This document shows positions 1 through 12,500 of a stretch of 64,000 nt of DNA, piece by piece. Position 1 is the first letter of the stretch. Every line of letters starts with the position of its first letter. The stretch comes from Amphiscolops sp. MND2022 (taxonomy: Eukaryota). The stretch covers positions 86,182,001 through 86,246,000 of the forward strand of contig OZ076409.1 in NCBI GenBank assembly GCA_964187785.1. Reading direction: 5' to 3'. The notes beneath the pieces were generated by a model, which had not been told where the DNA came from, searched no databases, and saw only the letters and a list, made by a program, of their open reading frames with translations. A program made the position numbers and the translations under genes.

Positions 1-1332
1 GTCTTGTTCAAGTATTTATCCTAACAAACATCCAAGCGTGTTAGAAAAATCCAATCACTGAGTAACTCGGTTTTTGTCATTATTTTGATAACACTTCATC
101 AGATAGCGGACATGTTGTCATTTCTCTTTTGAATGCGTGTCTGAAAATTAACAACTCAGCGGTGTATTTAGTCTGTGCTTTTTGTACCAAAAGATGCTCG
201 ACTCTTACAGTGGCAAGTTTTTGTAAGACCACAGACCTCACACTGAACGGTCCATCTTCAACAGTCTTTAAGCCTAAGCTCTAAAGTATACCAGAGAAGG
301 CAAAAGGGTACTCTGTCTGATGTACCTATGAGTGTCTCATTGTTTTACCATATACTCGAAACTGTGGTACTGAAAATCTCCTTAGGGTTTTTTCGGCACT
401 GAGAGACTTTTGAAATTTTGAAATTCTAACTAAAGTGTCACCCCTTCGCGTTTTCATGCTTCCAATTAGGACAATGTGTTTCAAGAGCGTAAAGGGACAG
501 CCGTCAAGTGTTTCGGTGCAGTGCAATTTTTTATGAAAGAATATTGAAATATTCTTACACTTTACTTTTGAGAATTTCCTTAAAGCTACGCCTTGAAATA
601 TTTTATCCACTTTGCGCTTCTTGAGCCTGAGTCTGGTTTACTATTACTGTATTTTCATTATAGCCGACAATAACCAGTATGTTTTTGTATGGGAGGGAAA
701 TCCGAGTTCAACCCATTTTTTTCCATTTTAAACAAAAAAAATGTTCTCATAAAATTATTCCACAAGTGCTGTACCAAAAATAAACCGGAAGAAGAAACAA
801 ACAAAATGAGCAATCTGGTCTGAGTCTTATTGTCTTTATACTATGATGGTACAATTTTGAAGATTAAACATTTTAATTATTTTTTTCAACCGAAAAAAAA
901 TAGGCCTGAAATGGTTTTTCGAAGTCTTTCAAAATATTTTGAAGTAATAAAATTACTTGAGCATATTGCTTGATTTTTTGAGAACATGAATCGCTAGGCT
1001 TATGGTACAGTATATCAAACGATGACTTTAATCGAAAGGTTTGTACGTTTTTTTTATTTGGCCTTCTGTTCTCCCGAGTTTTGGGGATAGCTTCTCCTGG
1101 AAATTAATAATTTTGTCAAATGCCGACAATAGAGAATTTTTTTTCTGGAAAATCAAGAAAACTTGAAAATCTTGTAGAAAACTTACCTACATCCTCGCGT
1201 CATTGTCGGGCATGATATGCGATGTCTCAAGATCCTGTCAGTATTTTGGCAAGATCCACGAGATGCTGTCTTTTATATCCTTACTACCGCCTAGTAGTGT
1301 TGAAGAAATGACAACTGAGCAAATTGGCTAAC

Positions 1333-1965
1333 CTCTGACAATTCTGTTTTCTCGATGATAACCTCCAGAGATGCGACGAAGAACTCGTCGCAGATGATAG
1401 CTAATGCAACGAAGGCGTAGAGGGTGCCCAAAACGTAAAAAGGTATAAAAAATCTTTGGGCTGTGAGCGACCAGTTGCGGACGAGCTCGGGTGGGTAGGT
1501 CTTGTTGCCCCAAACATCTGGGTCTGAACAACTTCCGTTGTCCCCTGAGTTGACTTCTTCCTCAGAAAAAAGTGTTCTTGAGTTGTAATGAACAGCATGT
1601 ATTTGGTTAAAGTCTGTTGCGACATTGTCACTTGAAGACCCAAAAATAGATGGCAGAAAATTCGAAAATGAAAATAAAGAAAATATACAATTGCTGCTGC
1701 TAGATGGCGCTGTATCTGAGAGTTGTTTGCTTCGGACCTTGTTTTTCTGATCGTATAAAATATTGTCAAGGTATGGCGATGACTTTTGAGATAAACCTGA
1801 CTGCAAGGGCTCGAAATCGACCCGTTTTGTTGACAGGTTTGAAGGCTGTAGATATGTGATAAGGACAAAAAATAACGAAGATAGAACGAAACCCACGGTG
1901 AATACGTACAAAGGATCGTGGTGTAATGCTCGTTTTCTTGTCTTGAAGTTGTTTCTTCGTAACAT
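1333..1965 (-). CDS. First coding exon of an SLC24/NCKX-family K+-dependent Na+/Ca2+ exchanger; later exons not found in the window
   Basis: ATG at 1965 and an N-terminal hydrophobic segment. YPPEL...FYVLGTLYAFVALAIICDEFFVASLEVIIEKTELSE matches the NCKX TM1 region that precedes DVAGATFMAAG. A GT donor (GAG|GTTAGC) follows E at 1333, and a candidate acceptor (ttaacag|) lies at 1997. Confidence 0.88.
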
Positions 1966-4900
1966 TGTTCCGATTGTTTCCAAAAGGTATGTTTGCCTGT
2001 TAATTTATAATAAAGAGTTCAATCGTAAGTTTCAACACTATGACTGGGTAAGCCGACACTAATGTGTTATCGCAATAAACTTTCCAGTATTGCAAGTTAT
2101 CAAAGAATATCTTGCGTGAAAAGTGGCGAAATAACTGCACAAGTGAACGAGAGTATACTTCAAACACTTGTAACGCACTGAAACTTTACCGGGCATTACA
2201 TGTTTGCAGCTTGAGGCGTTATCTCAATCAAATATGTCGACACTTTCTGCTTTCACTTTGTTGTCAGGTCGGAGATGGAGGGTTGCTGTGCATTTCATGT
2301 AACTGGCCAAGTCGTCGTATCTGCTAAAGAATACAAAACTTGTCTGTAGCCTTAAGTTCAACAGTAGAATTGTCCTTTGCAAACATTTTCCAACAATAAA
2401 ACGGTCTAATTAAATATACAGCAGCTCCCAGTCAGGGTAGAAAGAGGGCAACATTTAAGTATCTAAAAGTTAAAAGAAATGTTTTACTACTTGACGATGC
2501 ATACGTCACCGGCTTATTTCTTAGTAGGGGGTAAATTACGGCACAACGCAAATGTAGGACGAGGTAGCGGTAGATAAAGTACAGACTCTAGGGACCGCAA
2601 TCAGTTTTGAATAGCCCAACAAGTTACGTGGCTGCATCAGTAATCAGGAAAACACCTTCGAGCTAAAATGCGCAACTTCCATCATATTTTCCCGGGCTTT
2701 TAGCCAATACCACTAATAGATTATTCACCCCACTGAACCGAATATGGCGCAAGTGACAATAGAACTGTATTAGCTATGGTAAGTAGGTGATATATCCTCA
2801 AAAGTATTCCCATGCAATTGTCGCCTATTGGCCCAAAAAAGTTTGAAGAAATTAGCGGTAATCAGGTAAATTCTTATTAACAAACAGGAGACTCGAAATA
2901 CTTCTAATAATGTTATTCTTTGATTGAAAAAAATTTTTCGAGACGGAAACACCATTGAAAATTTTGAGATTTTGAAGCTAAAAGAGGATTTTGATGCTAA
3001 ATCAATCCAATTCATGAAACCAAATGTTTTATATCATGAGGATTGACCATATGATTTTTTCAGTTTTTTACCAGAAGCGGCGTTGATTTGTTTAAAATGC
3101 GCACCTTAAAATGATTACCAGAAATTTCGTCGTCGAAAATTTCGTCGTCAGAAATTTCGTCGCCGGTGATTACGTTCTATAAAACGTGGCATTTTCTTTA
3201 ATCTAATAGGAATCGTTTTATTATTGAGTCTTAATAATTATCGATAATTGTACAATTATTACTATCATTGACTACTTTTAGTTATGGTTTTGAGAGAAAT
3301 AGTTTCGGACCTTATCCCCCCAGATACACGTTGTTTCTTATCCCCCCCCAACACGAAGTTGTTTCGACACTTGAAGCAAAAATTACCAAGTTTTTTAAAT
3401 AATTTTTGACAAAAAAAGCAAAAATTCCCCCTGGAACAAACTTAAATTGTATTGTAAAGCCCGATAAGTAGTTACACCGGTAGGACTGAAAATATACCAT
3501 TGCAATACCATAGCAAACTAAGCTAGCATTTTTTATTGATTTGAACTGAAAGTTGATTTATTAAACTTTTTGGAGCCTGATTTGAAAGTGCAAAAGAGCA
3601 ATTGAAGTCTAAAATAAATTGTTAATGCCCTTTGGATAGCCGCTCATTCAGCAGCAAAACGAAGCAGAGAAAAGAAGAAAAAGTAGACTTGTATAGAATT
3701 TCATCAAGTTATTAGCAAGTAAAGTACATTGGAATTCAACTCAAACGATTTGAACTTGAAAGCCATTTCGAATTCGTTTGTGAGAACTTCAACAGCAAAT
3801 TTGGTTCGAACTGACGAGATGAGAAAACAAAACGATAAAGAAAAGTATACTTGTTCGACGAGTTTAAGTTTACTTTTGTTGACCATCAAAACTGCCCTTT
3901 GAAGCTAGCAAAATGTCAAAAGCGCAGAAACAAAACGAAATCGAAAAAAGTTAGATCTACCCGAAGGTTAAGGTTTACATACCTGCTTCTTACCTTAAGC
4001 AATTGCTAATGGATGAATTATTTGACAAGTATGCAATCAAGTATACAGGATAGGGATACCTCACCTTTATATCTCCGGAAGGAAGCGATCAAAAAGCTAA
4101 GAAGTGACTTGTAAAAGCCTATAAAAACATGAAACGCTGCTAAGGAAGCATAATTTTGGAATCTGCTGAAAAATTTTGTTGTAGCATATTTCAGAAAGAT
4201 ATCTTGTTAACATTTGTAGAAAGATTTTTTCGTAATTTTTTAGAATTTCTGATGATCAAATTCGTTCAAAGGTATCAGAAAATGTTTCATCTGCTTCTTC
4301 TAAAAATTTCGGCGGTCTATTTAAGCGCCGTTATTGGCAACCGAGGTATACAACGGATATATCCGTTCAAAATCATACAAAAAAGATTGCTCAAATCGAT
4401 AAGATTTGCTCAGTTTGAAAGGAGAACAAATCAAGTGCAATGAAAAAGCAATTCTGTGAACGGAAACAATTTCTGCAGACAATTCCTTTTTTCTCACCAT
4501 CCGGATTCATACTATTATCCGCTTGTATGTTCACAGCTACAACAAAATCAATGGTCTTTAAATGCGACAAAATTGTTGAGGCGTTCTTGGTTCGAGCATC
4601 CAAGGTTGCATTGTTTTCCGCTGAGTTAAAAGCCTCAAGTTACCTATCTTTATAGAAACATGAATTCTTGACGTAATTCTGGCCAATCATAGGCCAAAAA
4701 AAGGTATACGACGGTTTTTTGGTCGTTTGTAATCATTCCTGGCTCAAACGGTGACAAATTTGGAGTTGTGCAACTCCGAAAATAAGTGGGGCTTTTCTAT
4801 AATTCTCAATTTATTGATTGTTTACTCCGCTAAATACAGTGCTGATTGATTTTAAAACAAAGACTCTTAAACGGAAAAAGACGCAAAAAAGCGCCGGTGA

Positions 4901-6050
4901 CGAAAAGTTGTCCACACGAATCAAGCAGGAAAGTTAATCACAAGATGTTTCGCAACAGTGGAAGAAAATTCAGGTTTCCATCAATAATATACCCTATAAG
5001 AAACTGCTTTTCATATACCCTTGCAGGTTAATCTTTTATTATACCTACAAACTTTCTCACATGCTGCAGGCCTGCTTGCAAGGTATTCTTTTATTACACC
5101 TACAAACATTCTGAGGCTTCCGTTAGTACACCTTGAAGGCTCACAATGCAGTTTCCACAAATGCAATTGATATCGAAAATTTCCCGCTTCGTTACAGGCA
5201 CAGTAATATTTTCACAATATGGCTTCTCAACTACTCATCTGATGTAATCACCGCTTCTCAAATAGCACGCCTTAGATGACGTTCGTTTGTCATATATGAG
5301 GTTTGTCGATAACGTCATTGGCGTTGCTCTACATTAAAACGGCGGTAATTTTCTTAACATCTTCTGACGTTAGACGTCTTTAGAACGTCTTTAGAACCGA
5401 AGCATAACATAATATTAAACTTTCACCATTTCAAAGTGCAGTCAGATTTTGATGCGTCTTTCAAGCAACTTGATAAACGTCGAATACAGCAAGTAATTAT
5501 TTTTGCATGGAAGTTTCAGTAATAATAGTTTCAGAAAAACAATATAAAATGGAAACTTCAAAACGTGTAAAATAATCGAGTAGCTTGACGGTAACCGAGG
5601 TGGTGGAAAACGTTAAGCCTGGTGTAGTAATTGGAGTTTGGGCCGACATTAAGTTGAAATCTCGGACCCGTGACAATCTTTCAAGTGTTTAAATTCATAT
5701 AATATTCTCTTGTTAGTGAAATATTTTTATTCAAGAACAAAATGTGCTTTCGTTTTGGGGGAAAATTTGCAACAAGGTGTACCTGAGGGAAAATCGAATA
5801 TATGGTTCGAAATCTCTATCACAACAACACTTGAACAAATTCCTTCAATTGGTTGAAATTGTGGTCATAACCGTCCGAGGCGCATTTTGCAGAAAAAACA
5901 AATAAAAACAAGAGATTAGTCAGAAACTTGTTAAATCACCTGCTTTGGGAGAATTGTATCCCAAAAAGCCCCGACTAACTAAACACAAACATGCTTATTT
6001 GCAATCAACGAAATCCAACTTAATTGGCGAAATTAGGTAGATTCTTACTG

Positions 6051-7125
6051 TTTTTAGTCGGCGCCTTTTCCCTTAAGGAAAAAAGCTCGACTATTACAGT
6101 GGGTAGTTTTTAGTCGACGCCTTTTCCCTTAACGAAAAAAGCCCGACTCTTACAGTGAGTAGTTTTTGTTTTTTTCAGTTGACAATCTCACTCTGAGTGG
6201 TCCACTTTTCTTACAATCTTTGTTCACATTTGTTCACATTTGTTCAACTAATTTTCTGAAAAGCAGGAGATCGTGGGTTCGATTCTCGCACTAAACCACA
6301 AATTTTTTATGTTTCCAAAAGTAGATGCGAGACCAAAGCTTTGTTTCGTTTCGTTTGATTTTTTTCGTTTTTTTTTCGGCACTATGCGACTTTTTTTTCG
6401 AAAATTTTCGGATTCTATCAATTGCATTTTTTTGAAGTTTTCGGTTTGTAAAAACGTTCAATGAGCCTGAATGGCCTCTTTTTGAGTTTTTGTGGCATTG
6501 TGCGATTTTCTAAAAAAAATACTTTTTTCGAAAAAAAATTCAAAAATAATTTTTTCGAAAAAAAAAATTTCCAAAAATTTCCAATAGCTGTTCCTTGAAT
6601 ATTTTTGAGCCTAAGATATGGCGCCGACTTGGGACGTTCCCGTCTTGTTTTTCTTTTTCAGCCTACAATCTCACTCTGAATGGTCCACTTTTTACAATTT
6701 GTTCATCTGTTCTGTTGTTCATCTTCGACTAAATTTCTGAAGCCGGAGAGCGGGGGTTCGATTCTCGCACTAAACCATAATATTTTTATGCTTCCAAAAG
6801 TACAGCATGTGAGACCAAAGGGTCCCCCCTTTGGGTTTTTTTCGGCACTATGCGACTTTTTTTTCGAAAATTTTCGGATTATATCAAAGGGTAACCCCTT
6901 GCATTTTTTTGAAGTTTTCGGTTTGTAAAAACGTTTAATGAGCCTGAATGGCCTCTTTTTGAGTTTTTCGGCATTGTGCGATTTTCTAAAAAAATACTTT
7001 TTTTCGAAAAAAAAATTTCAAAAATTTTTTTTTGAAAATAATTTTTCCAAATGTTTCCAATAGTTGTTCTTTGAAAATTTTCGAGCCTTAGATATGGCGC
7101 CGACTTGAGACGATCCCGTCTTGTT
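6051..7125 (+). mobile_element. Tandem/partly duplicated non-autonomous Helentron-associated (HINE/DINE-1-like) elements, family 1
   Basis: T-run + AGTCGGCGCC with a nearby partial inverted copy at the 5' end, and a (tttgttcaca)n microsatellite. The 3' end has GGCGCCGACT + hairpin GGGACGTTCCC + CTTG-T-run (6620-6650), repeated at 7096-7125. No TSD. Confidence 0.6.
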
Positions 7126-8577
7126 CTTACTTCTTCCTTCTTTTTTAAAAAATACTTTCGCTTTCCGTTTTTGTTTTTTCTAAGAGGAAACAGAAATTCA
7201 TTACGTCTTCACTGTGTCCAAATTAAGAAACTGGGAAGGTGCTTCCTAGTCGATTTTACTGGAACTTATTGGATGCTACAGTCCAGCGGGCACGGTAATT
7301 TTTGGAAAACCTGGACAATTCAGACTGCGCGCAAGAAACAATCTTTGAAACAACCTCCTTGCATCTTGAAAAACCTAAGTGCTGATTCAAAACTAAAAAT
7401 ATATCCTTTCGTTACGAGCTTCGGTGATGAAAAACGTTTCAAAGCTTCATTAAATCAAAACAACTGCTGATTTTAATACTCCGCATTCAAAACAGTTCCA
7501 AAAACACTTCACAGAACTTTGCTAGCAACTTCTTTCATTTCGGTAAAACCCGGAAAGCGATAATTTTTTCCTTGTTCAGTACTGTGCAGAAACATTTCCC
7601 CTGAAAAGGATTCCAGTGTGAAGAATTTTGTTTTGTTGCCATACTGGCACACGTGGCCTTTTGTTTAGTTTACGTCAAATTATAGCGTCTGCACTTACAA
7701 AAATCTAGGTTTTGTCCACGAAATTCCTTGATGTTCCTCATTGCTCTGTACGCCCGCGAAGCAGTAGAAAACTCCTAATAAATACCTGAAGAAATAGCAT
7801 TGAAAAGTGATTTTACGCTCTCAAATTCATGCTAAAAGTGATTGGGAACCTCAATGCGCATGTACAAGTTTCCACCAGATTCAACTAGGGTTCCCTTTTA
7901 TTGACGTAACATACCAAAAAAAACAAGAAGAAAACCAATACAAAATATGATTGATTCTGATTAGAACCGTTTGGATTAAACAGCGAAAAGAAAAACAATT
8001 TTTTTCCACAAACCAGAACAAGTATAAACCAAAGAGCAGAGATATCAGAGATATGTACTGCTTTCCCACTAATCACCTATTGCCGGGCAGTAGATTCAAA
8101 TATCACCAACTGGGCGCGGATCATTCCGGAGTGTTCCAAATCGTTTTCTAGTTTTAAAGAATTCGCGGCTGACAAGCCTCTTTTTGGCTCATCAAGCAAT
8201 TTTGAATCCGTTGGGCGGAAATAAAAATGTTAAAAATGAAAAAAAATGTTCTGGAAGTGTTGGATGGCCTCATTGAAGCCTCAAAATTGGTAAAATGAAT
8301 TGTTCTGACGTTTTCTCAAATTAGTATGTGCCAAAAAAATTCGTTGGTAGCACACAGCCGAAAATGGCATTTTAGTGTGTCTTCAATTTTGAATCCAATT
8401 CATTTTATCAGCAATCTCATTAAATATTGATGCTTGTCCCAAGAAAGTGCATACTATGATATGGGATTTTCAAACACCAGTCGAAGTTAAAGGTTAAAAT
8501 TTAAAAAATCAATATTGTCATAAAACAAATGTAGAATCCACCAAAACGGTCCCCAAATCTGACGTGTTATGCGTTCG

Positions 8578-8900
8578 CCATGCTGAGAATCAGGTTGTGA
8601 TCATGAAAAGATATCCATGATTCATGGATTATCATGAATGAATGCCATGGATGATTATTGGTCAACAACTTTTATGCCATGGATGAAATTTTTGTCAACA
8701 AAACTAAAATCACTCAAACGCTCATGGTTGGTTTTGTTTAAATGCATGAAGTATCACCGACTTGCCAGAACTTTTATGGTTAACAAAAGCAACTTTCTGT
8801 CATGGATTTTCATGGATCAAGTATGAATCATGGGTTCTCATCATAGCTATGATTATGGATGGATATTCGTGATTCGAATGTAATAAACATCACCATGGAT
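8578..8900. repeat. CATG/CATGGAT-rich low-complexity repeat, probably subterminal repeats of a DNA transposon
   Basis: Many catg/catgga/catgaa units; similar patches at ~56075-56125 and ~56730-56790. Confidence 0.45.
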
Positions 8901-8905
8901 GATTA

Positions 8906-9575
8906 CCCGGGTTGACCCTTTTACTAGCATTTTGGCTGTTTTGGCCAGAGCTTGCCACATTCTTACTATATCTTGGCAACCATGGATCCCATCGCAAGAT
9001 TCTTATTAAGATCTTACTAAGATGATACATTATTTCAAGATCGTATCTTATCACGAGAAACAAAATTCTACGATTATAAAAAGCACTATACCTTCGGTAC
9101 AAACAGCTGAGACTCAATCCAAAGGCTCATTTCACCCAACAACGACTATTTCGACTCGTTTTCATAATCAAAATGCTTCAACCTGCTGAAAAAAACATGC
9201 AAAAATGTACACTTAAAAAAACTTACGATAACGTATTCTGGCTTTCGAAATTCTGACGAGAATCCTAATTACTCATCACTTGTTTAAGACTGGGAAATGC
9301 GAATGTAAGCAAATGAGAACTTGTAAGCAAAGTAAAATGTAAGCAAAATGAGAACAAAGAATCGAGGGCTTTTGAAAACTTGTAACTTATCACTCCTATC
9401 GATTCCAGAGACGGAGAAAAATGCTCTCAAACGTCCTGAACCACCATCGGAGAGTTACACAGGGAACACTAAGAAATCCTGAACAATTTGTAAATTTATA
9501 TTTCCACCTTTCTTTTAGCCTGTTTCAAGATCTCGTCAAGATCTTACTAAGATATCCATGGAGGGTCAACCCGCG
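8906..9575. mobile_element. Non-autonomous TIR element with CCC termini and TA flanks (possibly CMC/EnSpm-like)
   Basis: TA|CCCGGGTTGACCCT ... AGGGTCAACCCGCG|TA (14-bp TIR, 1 mismatch); repeated caagatcttactaagat motifs near both ends. Confidence 0.6.
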
Positions 9576-12500
9576 TATGTATGATTGAAATGTAATGAAA
9601 AAACGTCCATTATCTATGAAATTGAAAGTAATGCCATCATATTGCACAACCTGGGCCCTGTTTAATTTTTTTATTTACCTCCTTTGGATATCCACCGGCC
9701 GAGATTTTTGAGAACGTGCCTAATAAGTAGCCTTGAGCATTTAAAACACTTCGCTTTTGTGAGACTTGCGCGGTGCGCCGACTTGAGACATTCCCGGCTG
9801 GTTTCAACCATCGACCGGAATTCTCGACGGTTAACTTACAAAAAAATGATGAACAATTTCAGAAAGTCTTTTTTTTGAATTTTTCGAAAACTGCATATCT
9901 TGTTTCAAGGTAAAACATGATATTGACATTCTAGTGAAGCCTACAACAATTTTTCAAAAGCTCTTTTCGGCTTTTAATGAGTTTCGCATTACCTGTTATC
10001 GCAATTATGGAATTTCGTAGAAGGAATTATCTTTTAAACAGTGATGAAAAAAATTAGTTCAAGTGCTAGCTTCTTTTGACAACAAACGGCGACAACTTGT
10101 CTGTGTTTCATAGAATGACGGTATTAAATTGTTTGAAGCAGAGCCTGATTTCGAATTGAAATAAACATGCATTAAACTAACATGTTGACATGGCACCGCC
10201 CTTCACATTGAGTTGAACGAGGAAAAAATTATAAACGTGAACGACTTTCGGAACTTTCGGATCAGCGCGAGGATTTTTAACAAAATCGTCAAGTGAATTA
10301 AATTGAAGTGGTAAAAAATCTTGATGTTTTCATGTAACTTTTTGAAAGAAGTTATACTGCATTTGTAAAGTCGATTAACTCTGATAAAAGAAAATGTTGA
10401 AAATGTAAACTAAGTTTTTTACTTTCAACAAACACTTTCACTCCTCAAGTTTGCATTTCTGTGTTAATAATAAAGGAGTGGGAATTCAGTCAGCCGATAA
10501 GAGTAAATTTTGAGGATGAAGGTTTCAGCGATGCATGTATTTGCAAAACAAAACATAGATGCTCTCTTTGAAAGCAGAAAACTTGAGCAGTGGAGTTTGG
10601 CTAGTGTGGCGTGGCCGTTTAAAAAAGCCAAAAGTGTTGCCAGTTCTTTATCCAGCGTTTGGAATGGAATTCATTCAGTGTAAACGCTATAGCACATGCA
10701 ACGGTTAGAATCAGTTGAAAGCATTGTGACAGCTTAAATAACAAAAATATGTTTTGGTTGCTTAATTTTGTTTTATTTTTGTCTCAGCATGTTTTGCTTT
10801 TCTTTGTTCTATTGTGTGTTGCACTATTTTGAGTTGAAAAGATAAAATATCGAATTTCGATTCAAATTCGGGAGAAGTATAATAAATCTCTTAAGTACCT
10901 ACCGGCAAATTGGGAGGATTGCCGAGATTGTATTCAAGCACGCTGTGAAGAGAGGGGAGGGGGATTGGTTGGGGGAGTGGAAAGAGGGGTTAAGAGAAGA
11001 CCGACGACTTAGTTGGAAATGCTGGTTGGCACTCCGGCGGCAGCAGAGCGTGGATAATATGTCATATAACACGTACCATGTGCTGAACACCACCAAATCA
11101 TGCGTGATCGAGATGTTGAACCATTGTGGAGCTCCCAGTTTGAATAAGTACAAGAATAACTACAGCTTTTATGACACCAACGTACAAATTATTACCATTT
11201 ATGAACAAAAGACGGAATTTCATCAAGCTCCGTAAGCATACTTGCTATTATATAGCTGTTTTGTCTGAAACTAATAAATATAGAAACCGAAGTGAAGGCA
11301 GGCGTTTATTGTTGCGTTTTTCCAACTGCAACTGCAAACGAAGAAAGCTTTTCCCGAAAGCAGATTGGGAATTCCTAAAGCAACGCAAAAGTGAAACCGA
11401 GAAGAGAAATTGGAGTGCACCGAAAGCTGAAACGTAGAATGGTTCGTACAGAATGACGTAAGAACAGTTCAAATTCTGTCATGGAATTTAAGCGCAAACG
11501 GTGCCATTCAAAAAACACACATTTGGCGGAGAATAAAAAATACATGTTTCTTTGCGCGCCACACAAAATTGAACGCAAACGCAAATTTGCCGTAATGTTT
11601 TTGAAAAGTGTTCAGCAAACGGTTCAAAATCGAATTGGATTTGATTTCCCATTTGTTTAAATAAATTGAAGGAAAAACGTATGCAATGTATGATGATATA
11701 TAGGGCATTCACTTAAATTTGAAATAAATGGAAAAATGTTGGCGGCATTTGAAAAAAAAACGACACGCGGCGGTTCTTAAAAAAGGAACAACTACATGAG
11801 TATGTCGAAGGTCGGGCCACAGAGTTTTCTAATGAGGCGTGATAAGATTTCAGATGGAATAAACTAGGCGTGGAATAATTTTATCTTCCGGCGTTCTCTT
11901 TCGGTTCGGTTACTTCATCAGAATAGAAGATAAAGTGTATGCACTTAGGCGTCGTTAAAAATCCGCCCATAGCTTATGCAAAACTTGTTAGTCGTTAAAA
12001 GATTGGAAAATCCTGGAAAAAACCCGTCTGTTGAGTTTTCAAATCAGCCTGACTGCAATTACCAATTCAATGCCATTTGCAATGATAATTCAGAAAGAAA
12101 TTGAATTACTGGAATTAATGGGATGCAGTTTCCGCAGAAATCAGTAACTTCATAATCATGATGAATTAGATGAAGTAACTTTCGAAATTGTTTTTACAGT
12201 TTTGACCTTGGCGTTACTTGGAAATATTTGGTAAGACAAAATTGGTCCCAAAATGCTTCAAAATCATAGAATGGAAAATTTCAATTTGAGCAAAGGACAA
12301 TTAAACCAACGCAAGTCTTTTTAACGGGTAAGAATCTCAGACAAAAGATAAGTGGAACAATGAATTTGGGGAGTCTTACCTCAGCATGCGAGCCCCCAAA
12401 TGTTACAAAAAACAAAGGAAGTGCCGTGGTACCAGGAAGGATTCGATGTGGGGTAATCCGGGAACAACAGGAATAGAATCTATTCCAAGGGTTTGCCCAC

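Noticed and set aside
6262..6300. tRNA gene (also 57250-57295)
   Set aside because: Only a T-arm/B-box-like piece; no full cloverleaf or A-box; embedded in repeats.
10890..11170. GC-richer block ending at a minus-strand GTAGGT donor; a similar donor at ~12378
   Set aside because: Could be 5' UTR exons of the NCKX gene, but there is no recognisable coding signal and no way to link them without transcripts.
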